From contig NC_059425.1 in the NCBI RefSeq assembly GCF_021028975.2, positions 6,014,033 to 6,078,000 on the forward strand: DNA of 63,968 nt, read 5' to 3'. This DNA is from Sphaerodactylus townsendi (taxonomy: Eukaryota). The position numbers and the translations under genes were made by a program. Below the pieces are notes generated by a model. It made no database searches. It saw nothing but the letters and a program-made list of their open reading frames with translations, and was not told the origin of the DNA. Shown here piece after piece: positions 33,201-47,449 of this stretch. Each line of letters opens with the position of its first letter. The stretch's first letter is position 1.

Positions 33201-34611
33201 CATGCAGATTTACCCCAGACTTAACCCCCCCCCCCGTGGGCTTTTGTGTTTGAGGGACCACAGACCAAGAGGGGCTGCTGCTGGGGAGGGGCTTGTGTGC
33301 TTTTCCCCCCTCCCTTTCCCCACGTGGTTGTGGAGCATCAGGGCCCCCCCTCTGATCTCTCGCTTTCCTGCCAAGCTGGAGTCTGCAGCTGAGCTTCTTA
33401 AGGGGGGTGCCATTTTACACACACACCCCACTCCTGCCAAGGCAGCTCCCATTTTTCCTTCCTCTGCTGCAGCAAAAAGGTTTGGGGGTGGGGGGGGGGC
33501 TTCCTCCTTTTCAAAAAAGCTGGCAGCTGTCATATCTTTGTCACTCTGTGCCTGTCAGTTTACCCCAAGGAACAATATTCAGTTGCTGGTTTTATAAACC
33601 AACCTAAAAAAAAAATCTCTGGTGGAATATAGGGGAAGGGGGTGGTGGCAACTCTGCATCATAAAAACGTGGGGGAAACTCCCATGTGGAAGCTCCACTG
33701 CCTCTGGATTGTGTCCACAAAGCACCAGTCTTCCTCCCCCCTCTTCCCCTCCCCATTTTGTTCTCATTCTCCTTCGTTCTTGCCAGTTTCCTGTTGTTTG
33801 GGGGCTCTTTTTCTACTCTGCTCCATATTCATGGGGAGGATCTTTTCCTTCCAGGCCTTGCAGATTACTAAATGCAGTTGCTGGATCTATTTCAGCCCAT
33901 CTCTGACATGTGCATAAATTTGGTCCACGTTTCTAGGAGGCAGTTCTCACAGAGACTAACAGGGTGGAGCGGAGGGGAAAAACTCCAGGGCCTTTCTATC
34001 TGCCTTTTCCACATGTGGATTCAAGGGAGCTTCACCTGAGACTGCGAATGGAGGAATGCATTTTTCCTTCTGTTAAAATTTCCCTGCCCCAGAAACGCAT
34101 CATGGCCAGTACAGGCAGGGAGGGCAGGAACTATTTCCTTGGATGGCTAGTTTTCTGCGTGCGGGGAAATAGTCACTCCTAGCTAGCATCACATACCTGC
34201 ACAACTTTATGTCAAGCAGTCCGTCCCCTCCCCTCAGGACGCTGCTTGCCTCAAACCAGCATAGCCCCCTAAATGTGTGGGGCAGGCTAGGGACTCTTGG
34301 CTTCCCTCATTGGGGTGAGGGTGTGGGGTGGCTTCAGGCAGGGTCAGCAACTCTTTGCCCTGGAGTGGATGTGCAGAGGTTGGAAGGAAATAGTTCAAGG
34401 AGGGTGTATGAATGTGAGACCACCCCCAAATAGCTCAGTGGGAGAAAGATGATGGGTCTAAGACTCTGGATCCTTCCTCGATCGAAGGTGGTCCCCTCAG
34501 TTGTGCCCTGAAGCCATTATGGAGAGAGGGTTATTTGAGGGACTGGCACAGGAAACGTGTTTGTAGTGCAAAAAAGGAATTCCCCACCCCTTTTATTTCT
34601 CCCCCTCCCAG

Positions 34612-34697
34612 GCAAGAGTGAAAAGACGTCCTTGATGCCTTCTCCGCCATCCCCTGCACTTGGCGAAAGGAAGAGAGCCGCCATGCAGCCAGCTCAG
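34612..34697 (+). CDS. KZNF gene B start exon (ATG 34683, MQPAQ; in-frame upstream ATG 34635)
   Basis: Pyrimidine tract + CAG acceptor, Kozak GCCGCCATG, CAG|GTAAAG phase-0 donor compatible with KRAB-A. Confidence 0.78.
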
Positions 34698-35602
34698 GTA
34701 AAGGGGGGGGCATTACTGGTCAGACATGCATGAGGCGACAGGGATGTTTCCTTCTATTCCGGGGCTTGGAGGATCAGGCTCCTTGCCCTTGGCTCTGGTG
34801 CTGCCAGATTTCAAGACTGTCCATGGTGACCCCCCATTCCCTTGTCTAGACTGACAGAAGAGGAAAAGGCCAAGCAGGAACCATGAAACAAAACTGGACC
34901 ATGAATTTCCCATGTCAGTTACCGTGTGGACATCTGTGGCCTCTTCCTCACAAGGCAGCTAGCCCCCTGGCAGCGAAGACAGCCCCTCTGGCTCCAGGAT
35001 GGCCCCAAAGAGGGATAGTGATGGGGGGGGGGGGGCAAATATCCCCACAGGGTTCTGCTCCCCTCTTCTTTGTGCAGCTGTTCCACTATTAATTAACGCT
35101 CTCTTAATATGTGACCACAAATCAAGAAGGATATTGACAAACTGGAGAGTGTCCAGAGGAAGGCAACCGGAAGGGTCTAGAATCCACTCCCTGTGAGGAG
35201 AGGCTTAGGGGGCTGTGTATGTTTAGTCATTTAACCCCAAAATTAACAAAGTCATAACGGTGAGCAAACACACGTGTTAGGATTGAGTTAGAATAGAATT
35301 GCAGAAGAAAACGCTCTTAATGAAAAGGAACAAGTATTCGTTTGGCCCACCTACAGTCAGTAGAAAAGTGAGTGCTTTTAAGAAAGAAAGCAAGATGTTT
35401 GCTGGCTGGACCAGATTATAAACCTTCCTTGATAAGGGAAAATGCAGTTATATGATTTGGCTTATAAATTAAAGAAGCAAATCCATTGTTCCTCCTGTCA
35501 GCAGAGTTACCCAGGAACCCATCACAATTGCTCTGTTTTTGGCTATCTCGCCCACAGACTAGCTTTCCACTGATGTAAAGAAATGTTTCCATCTTCCTGC
35601 AG

Positions 35603-35729
35603 GATGGAGTATCCTTTGAAGAGGTGGCCGTGTATTTCACCAAGGAGGAATGGGCCCTGCTGCGGCCAGTGCAAAGGACTCTGTACAAGGAAGTCATGCT
35701 GGAGAACTTTCTGAATGTGTCTTCTCTGG
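35603..35729 (+). CDS. KZNF gene B KRAB-A exon
   Basis: ctgcag|127 nt|gtgagg; [43 protein letters not shown]. Confidence 0.92.
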
Positions 35730-36160
35730 GTGAGGAGCCGTTTCTTCTGGGCTGATCCCAATAGCAGATCTCAGCCAACCTCCATTATCCTTCCTCTGAT
35801 TTGGGAGATCTTTTGAAGTTACATTGCAGAGAGCAAACCCCTGCCAGGCAGTCCTGTGTTGGACCACTTGAGAGGACATCAGAAGAGGTGTCAAGGAAAT
35901 GTATCTCCAGTGTGGGTCTTGCCTTACCTAGACTGAGAGGCTGCTGTGGAGGGAACTTTTCCGATGACTTAGTTTACAGCTGGCATTTTCCTCTCAGTTT
36001 GGCAGGGAGCACCAAAGAACTGTCCATTCTGGATGGATGATTATTCCCATTCCTAATACTTGCCCATTGTGTATTTCTGGATGGGCTTGAAACTGAGGAA
36101 TTTATTTACACCCAGGAGGTTTATGATTTTGATGGTGGTTGTTTTCCCCCCGATTACAAG

Positions 36161-36253
36161 GTCCTGTGATTGCTAAGCCTGAGCTCATATCCCAACTAGA
36201 AGAGGAAGAAGAGGTGTTGCTTGGGATCTTTGATGAAGAGGAGGAACCAGCAG
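36161..36253 (+). CDS. KZNF gene B KRAB-B exon
   Basis: 93 nt; PVIAKPELISQLEEEEEVLLGIFDEEEEPA; AG/GT. Confidence 0.88.
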
Positions 36254-36256
36254 GTA

Positions 36257-37443
36257 TGGATTAAAAACTGGTTGAGAAACAGGAAGCAAAGAGTGGGTGT
36301 AAATGGGAAATTCTCACAATGGAGAGATGTAGGGAGTGGTGTCCCCCAAGGATCCGTTTTGGGACCAGTGCTCTTTAACCTATTAATAAATGACCTGGAA
36401 GTAGCGGTGGGTAGCGTGGTGGCCAGGTTTGCAGATGATACCAAATTATGTAGGGTGGCGAGAACCACAAAGGATTGCGAAGAGCTCCAAGCAGACCTTG
36501 ATAAATTAGGTGAGTGGGCTAAGAAATGGCAAATGCAGTTCAATGTAGCAAAATGTAAAGTGATGCACATAGGGGCAAAAAATCCAAACTTCACATACAC
36601 GCTACAGGGGTCAGTGCTATCAGTCACAGACCAGGAAAGGGATTTGGGCATCTTAGTTGATAGTTCCATGGGAATGTCACCTCAATGCATGGCAGCTGTG
36701 AAAAAGGCAAACTCTATGCTGGGGATCATTAGGAAAGGAGTTGATAATAAAACTGCAAAGATTGTCATGCCCTTATATAAAGCAGTGGTGCGCCCACACT
36801 TGGAGTACTGTGTCCAGTTCTGGTCGCCGCATCTCAAAAAGGATATTGAGGGGATAGAAAAAGTGCAGAGAAGGGCAACGAGGATGATTGAGGGACTGGA
36901 GCACCTTCCTTATGAGGAGAGGCTGCAGCGTTTGGGACTCTTTAGTTTGGAGAGGAGACGTCTGAGGGGGGATATGATTGAAGTCTACAAAATTATGCAT
37001 GGGATAGAAAATGTTGACAGAGAGAAATTTTTCTCTCTTTCTCACAATACTAGAACCAGGGGGCAGCCATTGAAAATGCTGGGGGGAAGAATTAGGACTA
37101 ATAAAAGGAAACACTTCTTCACGCAACGTGTGATTGGTGTTTGGAATATGCTGCCACAGGAGGTGGTGACGGCCACTCACCTGGATAGCTTTACAATGGG
37201 CTTGGACAGATTTATGGAGGAGAGGTCGATTTATGGCTACCAATCTTGATCCTCTTTGATCTGAGATTGCAAATGCCTTAACAGACCAGGTGCTCGGGAG
37301 CAGCAGAAGCAGAAGGCCATTGCTTTCACCTCCTGCATGTGAGCTCCGAAAGGCACCTGGTGGGCCACTGCGAGTAGCAGAGAGCTGGACTAGATGGACT
37401 CTGGTCTGATCCAGCTGGCTTGTTCTTATGTTCTTATGTTCTT
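36257..37443 (+). mobile_element. Young 5'-truncated CR1 LINE with uninterrupted C-terminal RT ORF (to 37249)
   Basis: [45 protein letters not shown]; (TTCTTATG)n tail; TSD AGGTA. Confidence 0.96.
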
Positions 37444-37663
37444 AGGTAGCTACTATATGTCCCTCAGGACTGTACTTTGCCTGTGCTTCTGTCGAAGAGT
37501 GGGTGGATTTCTGTGAGGATCATCATCACTTTTTGACCAACTCTCCCTCTGGCCCTTTCCGCATGGGCCATTTACAGCGGCCCTGAGCGGCGTGAAGGTG
37601 CCGCTTTCCACCTCCCTTCCCGAGGGAGGTTTTTAGAAAGCGCTGCTTTCCCATTGGCGCAGT

Positions 37664-37717
37664 GCGTCGGTCTGGAGGGCTGCTGAGACCCGTCCCTGCA
37701 GCCCTCCAGACCGACGC
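37664..37717. repeat. Perfect 20-bp inverted repeat with 14-nt loop
   Basis: GCGTCGGTCTGGAGGGCTGC ... GCAGCCCTCCAGACCGACGC. Confidence 0.9.
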
Positions 37718-38005
37718 TTGATATCCTTTGAATGTAAACGAGACTCTCTAATTTCTCCAATCCATTTCTACAATTATTTTTCATTCCTGTTTTTTCCTCA
37801 GGTTTAGCTGAAATAAAAAAGGGAGAGGGAGGGAGAGAGAGAGAAAGTGGAGTTGGAGCCTTTGAAGCTGGGGGAGAGAATGTGGCTTAAACAACTTCAG
37901 GGGAGCCTTTCTGAGAATAGGAGGATGGGTCATTCATGCTCCGGCCAGGGGGACATTTGTGAGTCCAACTTCATGAATGGAACATTCCCATGAGAGCCCC
38001 AGTGT

Positions 38006-38420
38006 CATAAGAACATAAGAACATAAGAACAAGCCAGCTGGATCAGACCAAAGTCCATCTAGTCCAGCTCTCTGCTACTCGCAGTGGCCCACCAGGTGCC
38101 TTTGGGAGCTCACATGTAGGATGTGAACGCAATGGCCTTCTGCGGCTGTTGCTCCCGATCACCTGGTCTGTTAAGGCATTTGCAATCTCAGATCAAGGAG
38201 GATCAAGATTGGTAGCCATAAATCGACTCCTCCTCCATAAATCTGTCCAAGCCCCTTTTAAAACTATCCAGGTTAGTGGCCATCACCACCTCCTGTGGCA
38301 GCATATTCCAAACACCAATCACACGTTGCGTGAAGAAGTATTTCCTTTTATTAGTCCTAATTCTTCCCCCCAGCATTTTCAATGAATGCCCCCTGGTTCT
38401 AGTATTGTGAGAAAGAGAAA
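38006..38420 (-). mobile_element. CR1 3' fragment, inverted relative to 36257-37443
   Basis: (CATAAGAA)3 then reverse complement of ~37025-37420. Confidence 0.92.
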
Positions 38421-38493
38421 GAGTTGTTCATCAACCCGCACTGACTTGGGAAGATAAATCAATAAAGCAATCAGAGACGTTCATCACTGTATA

Positions 38494-38680
38494 CCTACCT
38501 CACAGGGTGTTTGTTGTGAGGGGAGAAGGGCAAGGAGATTGTAAGCCCCTTTGAGTCTCCTGCAGGAGAGAAAGGGGGGATATAAATCCAAACTCCTCCT
38601 CTTCCTCCTCCTCCTCCTCCTCCTCCTCCTCCTCCTCCTCTTCTTCTTCTTCTACAACAACTACAACAACAACAACAAAA
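38494..38680 (+). mobile_element. 3' part of SINE with (CTC)n(TTC)n(CAA)n tail
   Basis: CCTACCTCACAGGGTGTTTGTTGTGAG...ATATAAATCCAAACTC. Confidence 0.85.
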
Positions 38681-38853
38681 TGACAGGCCTGTGGATACAT
38701 TTGAGGGCTGGTGTTTTGATTTCATTGCCATACAGGATTCTGGAAATGGTTTTCAGACACCTGGTGCTTCAGTTCTTGCATTCTGTACTGCAAGTAATTT
38801 GGTTCAGTCTCTAACATTCAAACCATATCTTTTTAATAGTGTTCATATCTTAG

Positions 38854-40725
<1,872 letters not shown>

Positions 40726-41119
40726 TGAGAAATGACGTAAATGTCTGGAGTAAAGTGAAAGCTTCTGTTAGAGTGGAGACTAACTTCCCATCAAAATTTT
40801 CACACCTTACATGAATAAACAATATAATACCTGGATCGTGGCAAAAGTTTCAGTTGGATTTCACATCTCAGTTATCATCAAAGAATTCACACAGGGATGA
40901 AATCATAGGAAATGCAGCTAACCAGTCTCCATCTTCTGCTGCTTTCTCCCTGATAAAATTTCCCTGAGACATTCCTTATTGATGACTGCTTCTTCCTTCT
41001 GTGAGCCCAGCAATTGTAAAATGGAAACATTCCCTGACAGTAATATAAATCCTGTCCATAGTCTCTCGTTTCATGGGCAATTGTCTCGCAATTATTTTGA
41101 TCTATACCCTTTTTCACAG

Positions 41120-44100
41120 AAAGCTTGGATGTGCTCGTTCGCTTTCTGACCTCCGACCTATCCCTAGGAACGAGGATGGACGGGTTCAGGGATACTCTGC
41201 TTCGTCTCTGGTGCTGATTAATTCCAGGTCCATAAACAACAAGACCGCAGTGCTCCGGGACTTTCTTGGAGATCTGCAAGTGGACCTGGCTTGTGTCACC
41301 GAAAACTGGGTACGCGAGGGTGAGACCGTTGCCTTAGGTGAGGTCGCGCCACCAGGTTTCGCGTGCCTCCACCAGTCTCGAATCCAGGGCCGGGGGGGGT
41401 AGTGTGGCAATGTTCATCCGTAATTCCATTCCCTTCAGGGCAGTCCCCATCCCAGAGATCACCGGCATGGAGTGTGTCGGCCTGGAGTGGTTGACCTTGG
41501 AGAGATTGGCAGTCGTCCTGGTGTACCGGTCACCTAGCGCACCGGGGACGGCCTCCTGCGTCTGCTAGAGGTTGTGGCCGACTGGGCGTTGAGGTTCCCC
41601 AGGCTTATTGTCATGGGTGATTTCAACTTCCACGTCGACACCGCCTCATGTATGGCAGCTGCGGACCTGGTGTCATCCATGGCGACACTAGGCCTCTCCT
41701 TAATAAACTCTGGTCCCACTCATGAGGCTGGTCACACGCTGGACCTGGTCTTTGGGTCGGGGGTCAATCTGATCGTATCCTCTATTGATAGAGTGCCATG
41801 GTCCGACCACTATGCCCTGAAGCTGCGGCTGGACACGCCGCGCTACTCCTGTCTAGGCGATGGGCTGGTTTATGCCTGCCTGCAGAGACTTATGGATCCA
41901 ATTGGTTTCCTGAATGCTCTGCGGGACCCCAAACCCGCCGGCACACTCGATGAGCAGGTGGAAGATTGGAATTCCCGCCTCTTCGATGCCATCGAGATTG
42001 TTGCTCCCCGGCGTCCTCTGTGCCCCCGTTCACGGCAGGCTCCGTGGGATACAGAGGAGCTGCGCCATATGAAACGGGTGCTCAGACGTCTAGAGCGAGT
42101 GTGGAGGGAATCTCATGACGAAGCTGCGCGAACATCCTACAGGACGTTTATGAAAGCCTATGAGATGGTGACGAAGGAGGCGAAGAGGGCTTTCTTCTCC
42201 TCTCTCGCATCTGCTAGCTCTCGCTCGGCGCAATTATTTCGGATAATTAGATCTTTGGCCTCTCTATCAGAGGGCTCTACAAATTGTGAATTGGCTATTA
42301 GCTGTGAGGCATTTATGAGCTTCTTTGCAGATAAAGTCGCGTCGCTCCGCCAGGACCTTCCTGCCACTTTAACTACAATTAGCGAACTGGAGGCTCCCTT
42401 GCCGTCTTCTGGCCCTTGCTTGGCCCAGTTTTCCCTGCTCTCTGAAGCCGCTGTTGACAGGACCTTGGCTGCTGTTAGACCTACTACCTGTCCTCTGGAT
42501 CCGTGCCCCTCCTGGCTAAATAAAACTTGCCGGGAGGAGCTACGACCCCACCTGTTGAAGATCATCAATGACTCCCTTGAGCAAGGAGTCTTTCCAGATG
42601 GGTTGAAGGAGGCAGTGGTCCGCCCACTCTTGAAAAGACCATTGGTAGATCCTGGAGATCTGGCCAATTACCGCCCTGTCTCGAATCTTTCGTTTCTGGG
42701 GAAGATAATTGAGAGAGTGGTGTTTGAGCAGCTTCAGGGTTTCCTGGATGACACATCGGCTTTCGATCCCTTCCAGTCCGGCTTCCGTGCTGGGCATGGG
42801 ACGGAGACAGTTCTCATCGCTGTCACAGACACGCTCCGTATGCAACTCGACCGAGGCGGATCGGCGCTGCTGGTGTTGTTAGATCTCACCGCAGTGTTTG
42901 ATGTGGTCGATCACGACCTTTTGGCCCACTGCCTGGCCGCTTCCGGGGTCCGGGGCACTGTCCTTCAATGGATTGTCTCGTTCCTCCGGGGGCGGAGTCA
43001 GCAAGTGTGGTGCGGGGACAAAGCTTCCTGGAGGTGCCCGCTTTACTGCGGTGTGCCTCAGGGGGCATTGTTGTCCCCGCTGTTGTTTAACATCTATATG
43101 CGACCCCTTGCTCAGTTGGTACGGAGCTTTGGGCTGATCTGCCATCAGTATGCTGATAACACTCAGCTCATTCTGTTGATGGAGAGGGGATCTGCCGCCG
43201 CCCCTGCAGCTCTACAGCATTGTTTGGAGGCGGTTGCTGGTTGGTTACAACAGAGCAGGTTAAAACTTAATCCATCGAAGACGGAGATCCTCTGGCTTGG
43301 TCGGGGAAGGGGTTGGGGATTTTCAGCCGCCGGTGTGGGAGGGGGTCACATTGGCGCCGACCTCCTCCGTCCGCAGCCTGGGGGTCCACCTGGATTCGTC
43401 TCATTCAATGGAGACCCAGGTGGCCCATATAACCCGGGTTGCGTTTTTTCACCTTCGACAGGCCCAACGGCTGGCCCCCTTCCTCTCCAGCGCTGATCTA
43501 GATACTGTGATCCATGCAACGGTCACCTCCAGGCTAGCCTATTGTAACTCTCTCTACGCAGGCCTTCTCTTGCGCTTGATCTGGAAATTGAAACTGGTCC
43601 AACATGCGGCGGCCCGTCTGCTCACAGGTGGCGCCTTTTGTGAACATATTTCCCCTGTGCTGCGCCACCTGCATTGGTTACCGGTTGAATTCTGGATCAT
43701 CTTCAAGGTATGGGTATTGACCTTTAAGGCCTTACGCGGCCTGGGACCCTCGTACCTTCGGGACCGCATTACCCCATATGTCCCGGGTCGACCTCTGCGT
43801 TCAGCAGAGGCCAATTTACTGGAGATCCCTGGCCCCTCAATGATGCGGCTGGCCTCCACACGTGCCAGGGCCTTTACGGCTCTGGCACCGGCCTGGTGGA
43901 ACACCCTACCACCAGCTGTCCGGGCCCTGCGGGACCTTGGAGAGTTCCGCAGGGCCTGTAAGACCGAATTGTTCCACCGGGCCTTCGGAGTGTCCAGCCG
44001 CTGAGGGTGCCCTGCCCCCCCTCTGCTCTATAGGGGTCCTTACCATCATCGGGACCCATTATTTTCCGTTGGGAGGGTTGCATATGGGTTTCGTGGGATA

Positions 44101-44125
44101 TTGTTTTCGACTGTAACTGCTTTTA
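41120..44125 (+). mobile_element. L2-clade LINE, near-complete ORF2 (APE endonuclease + RT) with about 3 frame breaks
   Basis: INSRSINNK, ACVTENW, MGDFN, SDH, NYRPVSNL, QSGFR, GVPQG, YADN (catalytic Asp altered), LHWLPV; 5' boundary approximate. Confidence 0.93.
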
Positions 44126-44368
44126 NNNNNNNNNNNNNNNNNNNNNNNNNNNNNNNNNNNNNNNNNNNNNNNNNNNNNNNNNNNNNNNNNNNNNNNNNNN
44201 NNNNNNNNNNNNNNNNNNNNNNNNNNNNNNNNNNNNNNNNNNNNNNNNNNNNNNNNNNNNNNNNNNNNNNNNNNNNNNNNNNNNNNNNNNNNNNNNNNNN
44301 NNNNNNNNNNNNNNNNNNNNNNNNNNNNNNNNNNNNNNNNNNNNNNNNNNNNNNNNNNNNNNNNNNNN
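44126..44368. other. Assembly gap
   Basis: N run. Confidence 0.99.
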
Positions 44369-44389
44369 AATCACTGTCGGCCTCCCAGG

Positions 44390-45300
44390 GACTTGGACAC
44401 CGCCCCCCCCACCCCCGCAGCCCCCGGCAGCGGCTCTCTGAGGGTTAAAGGGAGAGAGAGACGCGGTCCTAGAGAAGACGCAGAGAGAGAGGGTGGGGGA
44501 GCCACTTCCTGCTACTCCCGGAAGCAGCCCTGGATTCATCCGAGATGCCGGTTGAACGGCCAGGCGGGAAGCCGGTGGGCGGGGCTTGGGGAGGCTGTGT
44601 GTGTGTGTGGGGGGCGGGTAGGGTTGGGGAGGCAGAGTGTGTGTGTGTGTGTGTGTGGGGGGGGGGGGGTTAGGGATGCGGTGCAAGAGCCGAGGGGGAG
44701 GGTCCCTTTAGTGCGGAGGAGCCGCGAGGAGGGCTGGAGGCGGGATCCGAACTCGGCGCCCGGGGAGTCTCGAGGGGCTGGAGGAGCGCTTTTCAAGAGG
44801 AGGAGGGGCGCCCAGGGGGGAGACATTGAGTAGGGCAGAGGCGGGGGGGGGGTGCTGCCCAAAGGACCCCGAGGGAGGCGGAAGATTAAGTGGGGAAGGG
44901 GGGCTGTGGGGCGTTGGACCCCGAAATAAGGAGACCCCCCCTTCCTCCTCCTCCCCACCAGCCCCGGGTCAGGCTCTGCCCCCCTCCCCCTCTTGGGGGC
45001 AGAGTTCGAGTTCCTGGAGGGGCGGGGGCGCAGAGCCTGCAGCTGCCGTTCAACAAAGGGGAGTTTCTGGTTTAAGGGCTCCCCACTCCCTCCCCCCTCG
45101 GGAATCCGAGCGGGGGCGGGGGTCGTACCAGCCACGGGTGAGGAAGAGCTGCAAGGTGTGCCCCCCCCCCCCACGAGGCCAGCGCTGCTGAACTGGCAGG
45201 CGAAGAGGCGTCTCTGGTGCCCCTGGTGCCCCGACAGGAAGGGAAACGAGGCCCCGCCAAGGAGCCAGGGGGCAAGCCCACATCCCCAGCAGATCCCCCC
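44390..45300 (+). promoter_or_regulatory. Gene C CpG-island promoter with ETS pair
   Basis: CACTTCCTG at 44503, CCGGAAG at 44518; homologous to the 32400 block. Confidence 0.68.
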
Positions 45301-45808
45301 CCCCGCCCCTCTCCTGCACGTCTGTCTTTGGGGAACCAGATCAGGAATGGGAGACCCCCCCCTGCCAAGGGGGTTTGCCCAAGAGGTGATGCTTCTCAGA
45401 AGGGGCCTGTGTGCCTTTTTTCCTCCCCCTCCCACGTGGTTGTGGAGCATCGGGGCCCCTCCTCTGATCTCTTGCCTTCCTGCCAAGCTGGAGTCTGCAG
45501 CTGAGCCTCTTCAGGGGGACTGCCAATTTAACCCCCCCCCTAAGGTGGCTTCAGGCAGGGTCAGGAACTCTTTACCCCGGAGTGGATGTGCAGAGGTTGA
45601 AAGGAGGGTGTATGAATGTGGGACCTCCCCCCAAATAGGGGGGCTCAGTGGGAGAAACACTTCGAACCCTTCCTCTATCAAAGGTAGTCCCCTCAGTTGT
45701 GCCCTGAAGCCATAATGGAGAGAGGGTCACTTGAGGGACTGGCACAGGAAATGTGTTTGTAGTGCAAAAAGGGAATATCCTAACCCCTTTTACTTCTCAC
45801 CCTCCCAG

Positions 45809-45895
45809 ACAAAGAGTGAAAAGACATATTTGGTGTCTCCTCCGCCATCTCCTGCACTTGGCAAGAAGAAAAGAGCCGCCATGCAGCCAGCTCAG
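45809..45895 (+). CDS. KZNF gene C start exon (ATG 45881, MQPAQ)
   Basis: GCCGCCATGCAGCCAGCTCAG|GTAAAG; pyrimidine tract acceptor. Confidence 0.78.
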
Positions 45896-46309
45896 GTAAA
45901 GGAGGGAGGGGTCTACTGGTCAGACATGCATGGGAGGGCAGGGATGGTTCCTTCTGTTCCAGGGCTCAGAGGATCAAGGTCCTTGCCCTTGGTTCTGGTG
46001 CTGCTAGATTTCAAGACTGCCCATAGTGACCCCCCTTCCCTTTTCTAGCATGGGAGGAGCGAAGAAGGCCAAGCAGGAACTATGAACCAAACTGGGCCAT
46101 GAAATTCCCAAGTCAGTTTCCGTGTGGACATCTGTGGCCTCTTCCTCACAAGGCAGCTAGCCCCCTGCCAGTGAAGACAGCCCCTCTGGCTCCAGGATGC
46201 CCCCAAAGAGGGATGGGGGTGGGGGGCCAAATGTCCCCACAGGGCTCTGCTCCCCTTGCCTTTGTGCAGCTGTCCCACTATTAATTTGCTGTCTCTTAAT
46301 ATTAAGCTC

Positions 46310-46785
46310 ATGTGACCACAATTCAGGAAGGATATTGACAAGCTGGAGGAGGTCCAAAGAAAGGCAACCGAAGGGGTCCAGGATCCATGTCCTGTGAGGA
46401 GAGGCTTAGGGGGCTGGGAATGTTTAGTCTGGAGAAGGAAAGGTTAAGGGGTGACATCATAGCCCTGCTTAAGTATTTGAAGATATGTCACGTTGAAGAG
46501 GGAACGAGCTTGTTTTCTGCTGCTCCAGAGACTAGAACGCAGAGTAACGGATTCAAACTGTGAGAAAAGAGATTCCACCTAAAGATTAAGAAGAAGTCCC
46601 TGATGGTAAGGACTGTTTCACAGTGGAATTCGCTGCCTTGAAGGTGGTGGAATTTCCTTTGGGGGTTTTTAAAAAGAGGCTGGAGGACCATCTGTCAGGA
46701 GTGCCTTAACTGTGAGTTCCTGCATGGCAGGGGGGGTGGACAGAATTTCCCTGGTGGTCTTTTCTAACTCTGTGACTCTATGACC
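46310..46785 (+). mobile_element. Old CR1 3' fragment (shared by paralogous introns at ~35110, ~58180, ~63555)
   Basis: [20 protein letters not shown]-like coding; CTCTGTGACTCTATGA tail. Confidence 0.82.
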
Positions 46786-46993
46786 AAAAGTCTTGAGCCG
46801 TAGACAGAAACATAAGATAAAACGACATACAATTTAAAACCTTCACATTAACCAGTGCCTGAGACGGCATTACAAAATAAAATACATAATTCCTAAAATT
46901 AACACATTAGTAAAATAGAGACATAGACCTCTACAATGCGTCCAGGGGTGGGGATGCTTCCCAGCACCCGGCAGCCTGTTCCACCCCCCTCCT

Positions 46994-47449
46994 TGTTATA
47001 AATGCTCACTCCAGGAATTTGTTTGACCCACCGAAGATAAGTAGAAAAGTAGACATGAAGTCGTTATGTGCGACGCAAGGAATAGGCGAGACGCAGCGAT
47101 ATCAGGGTCCGGTGGAGAGAAGCCAGCGGCAGGCCAATCTAGCTAATCTGCCGAGCTCTGGTCCCTGGCACCTTTTATTAGGGTTTTCCAAGAGGGCGGG
47201 AGAGTGGGAGAACATTGTACAGTACATGACTCATGGGGGCTGCGTACGTGCGGGAGGAAACGTTCCTGTCCGGGCTTAATCCATACCTGGGGGTATGTAC
47301 CTTTTGTCCCTTTATCCAGGGCATCCCATGACCGTGAGTCATGGGGGTCTTGAGACAGGTGAGCTCACCTGCCCAGAGGGCCACAGATGGCGCAGGCATT
47401 CCTGTGCTCTGTCTGAGGCTCTGCTGGGTTAAGCTGGCTCACCCCTACA
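46994..47449 (-). mobile_element. Possible solo LTR
   Basis: Minus strand TGTAGGGG...TAACA ends, internal TAATAAAAGG; absent from paralogous intron; no TSD found. Confidence 0.3.

Noticed and set aside
36221-37249. KRAB-RT fusion protein
   Set aside because: The CR1 ORF is in a different frame from KRAB-B; the KRAB frame stops just inside the intron.
44393-45715. Long G/P/R-rich ORFs in GC-rich blocks (also 10900-11800, 32500-33600, 56600-57450, 62050-62800)
   Set aside because: Stop-poor CpG-island sequence; frames are not conserved among paralogous copies.
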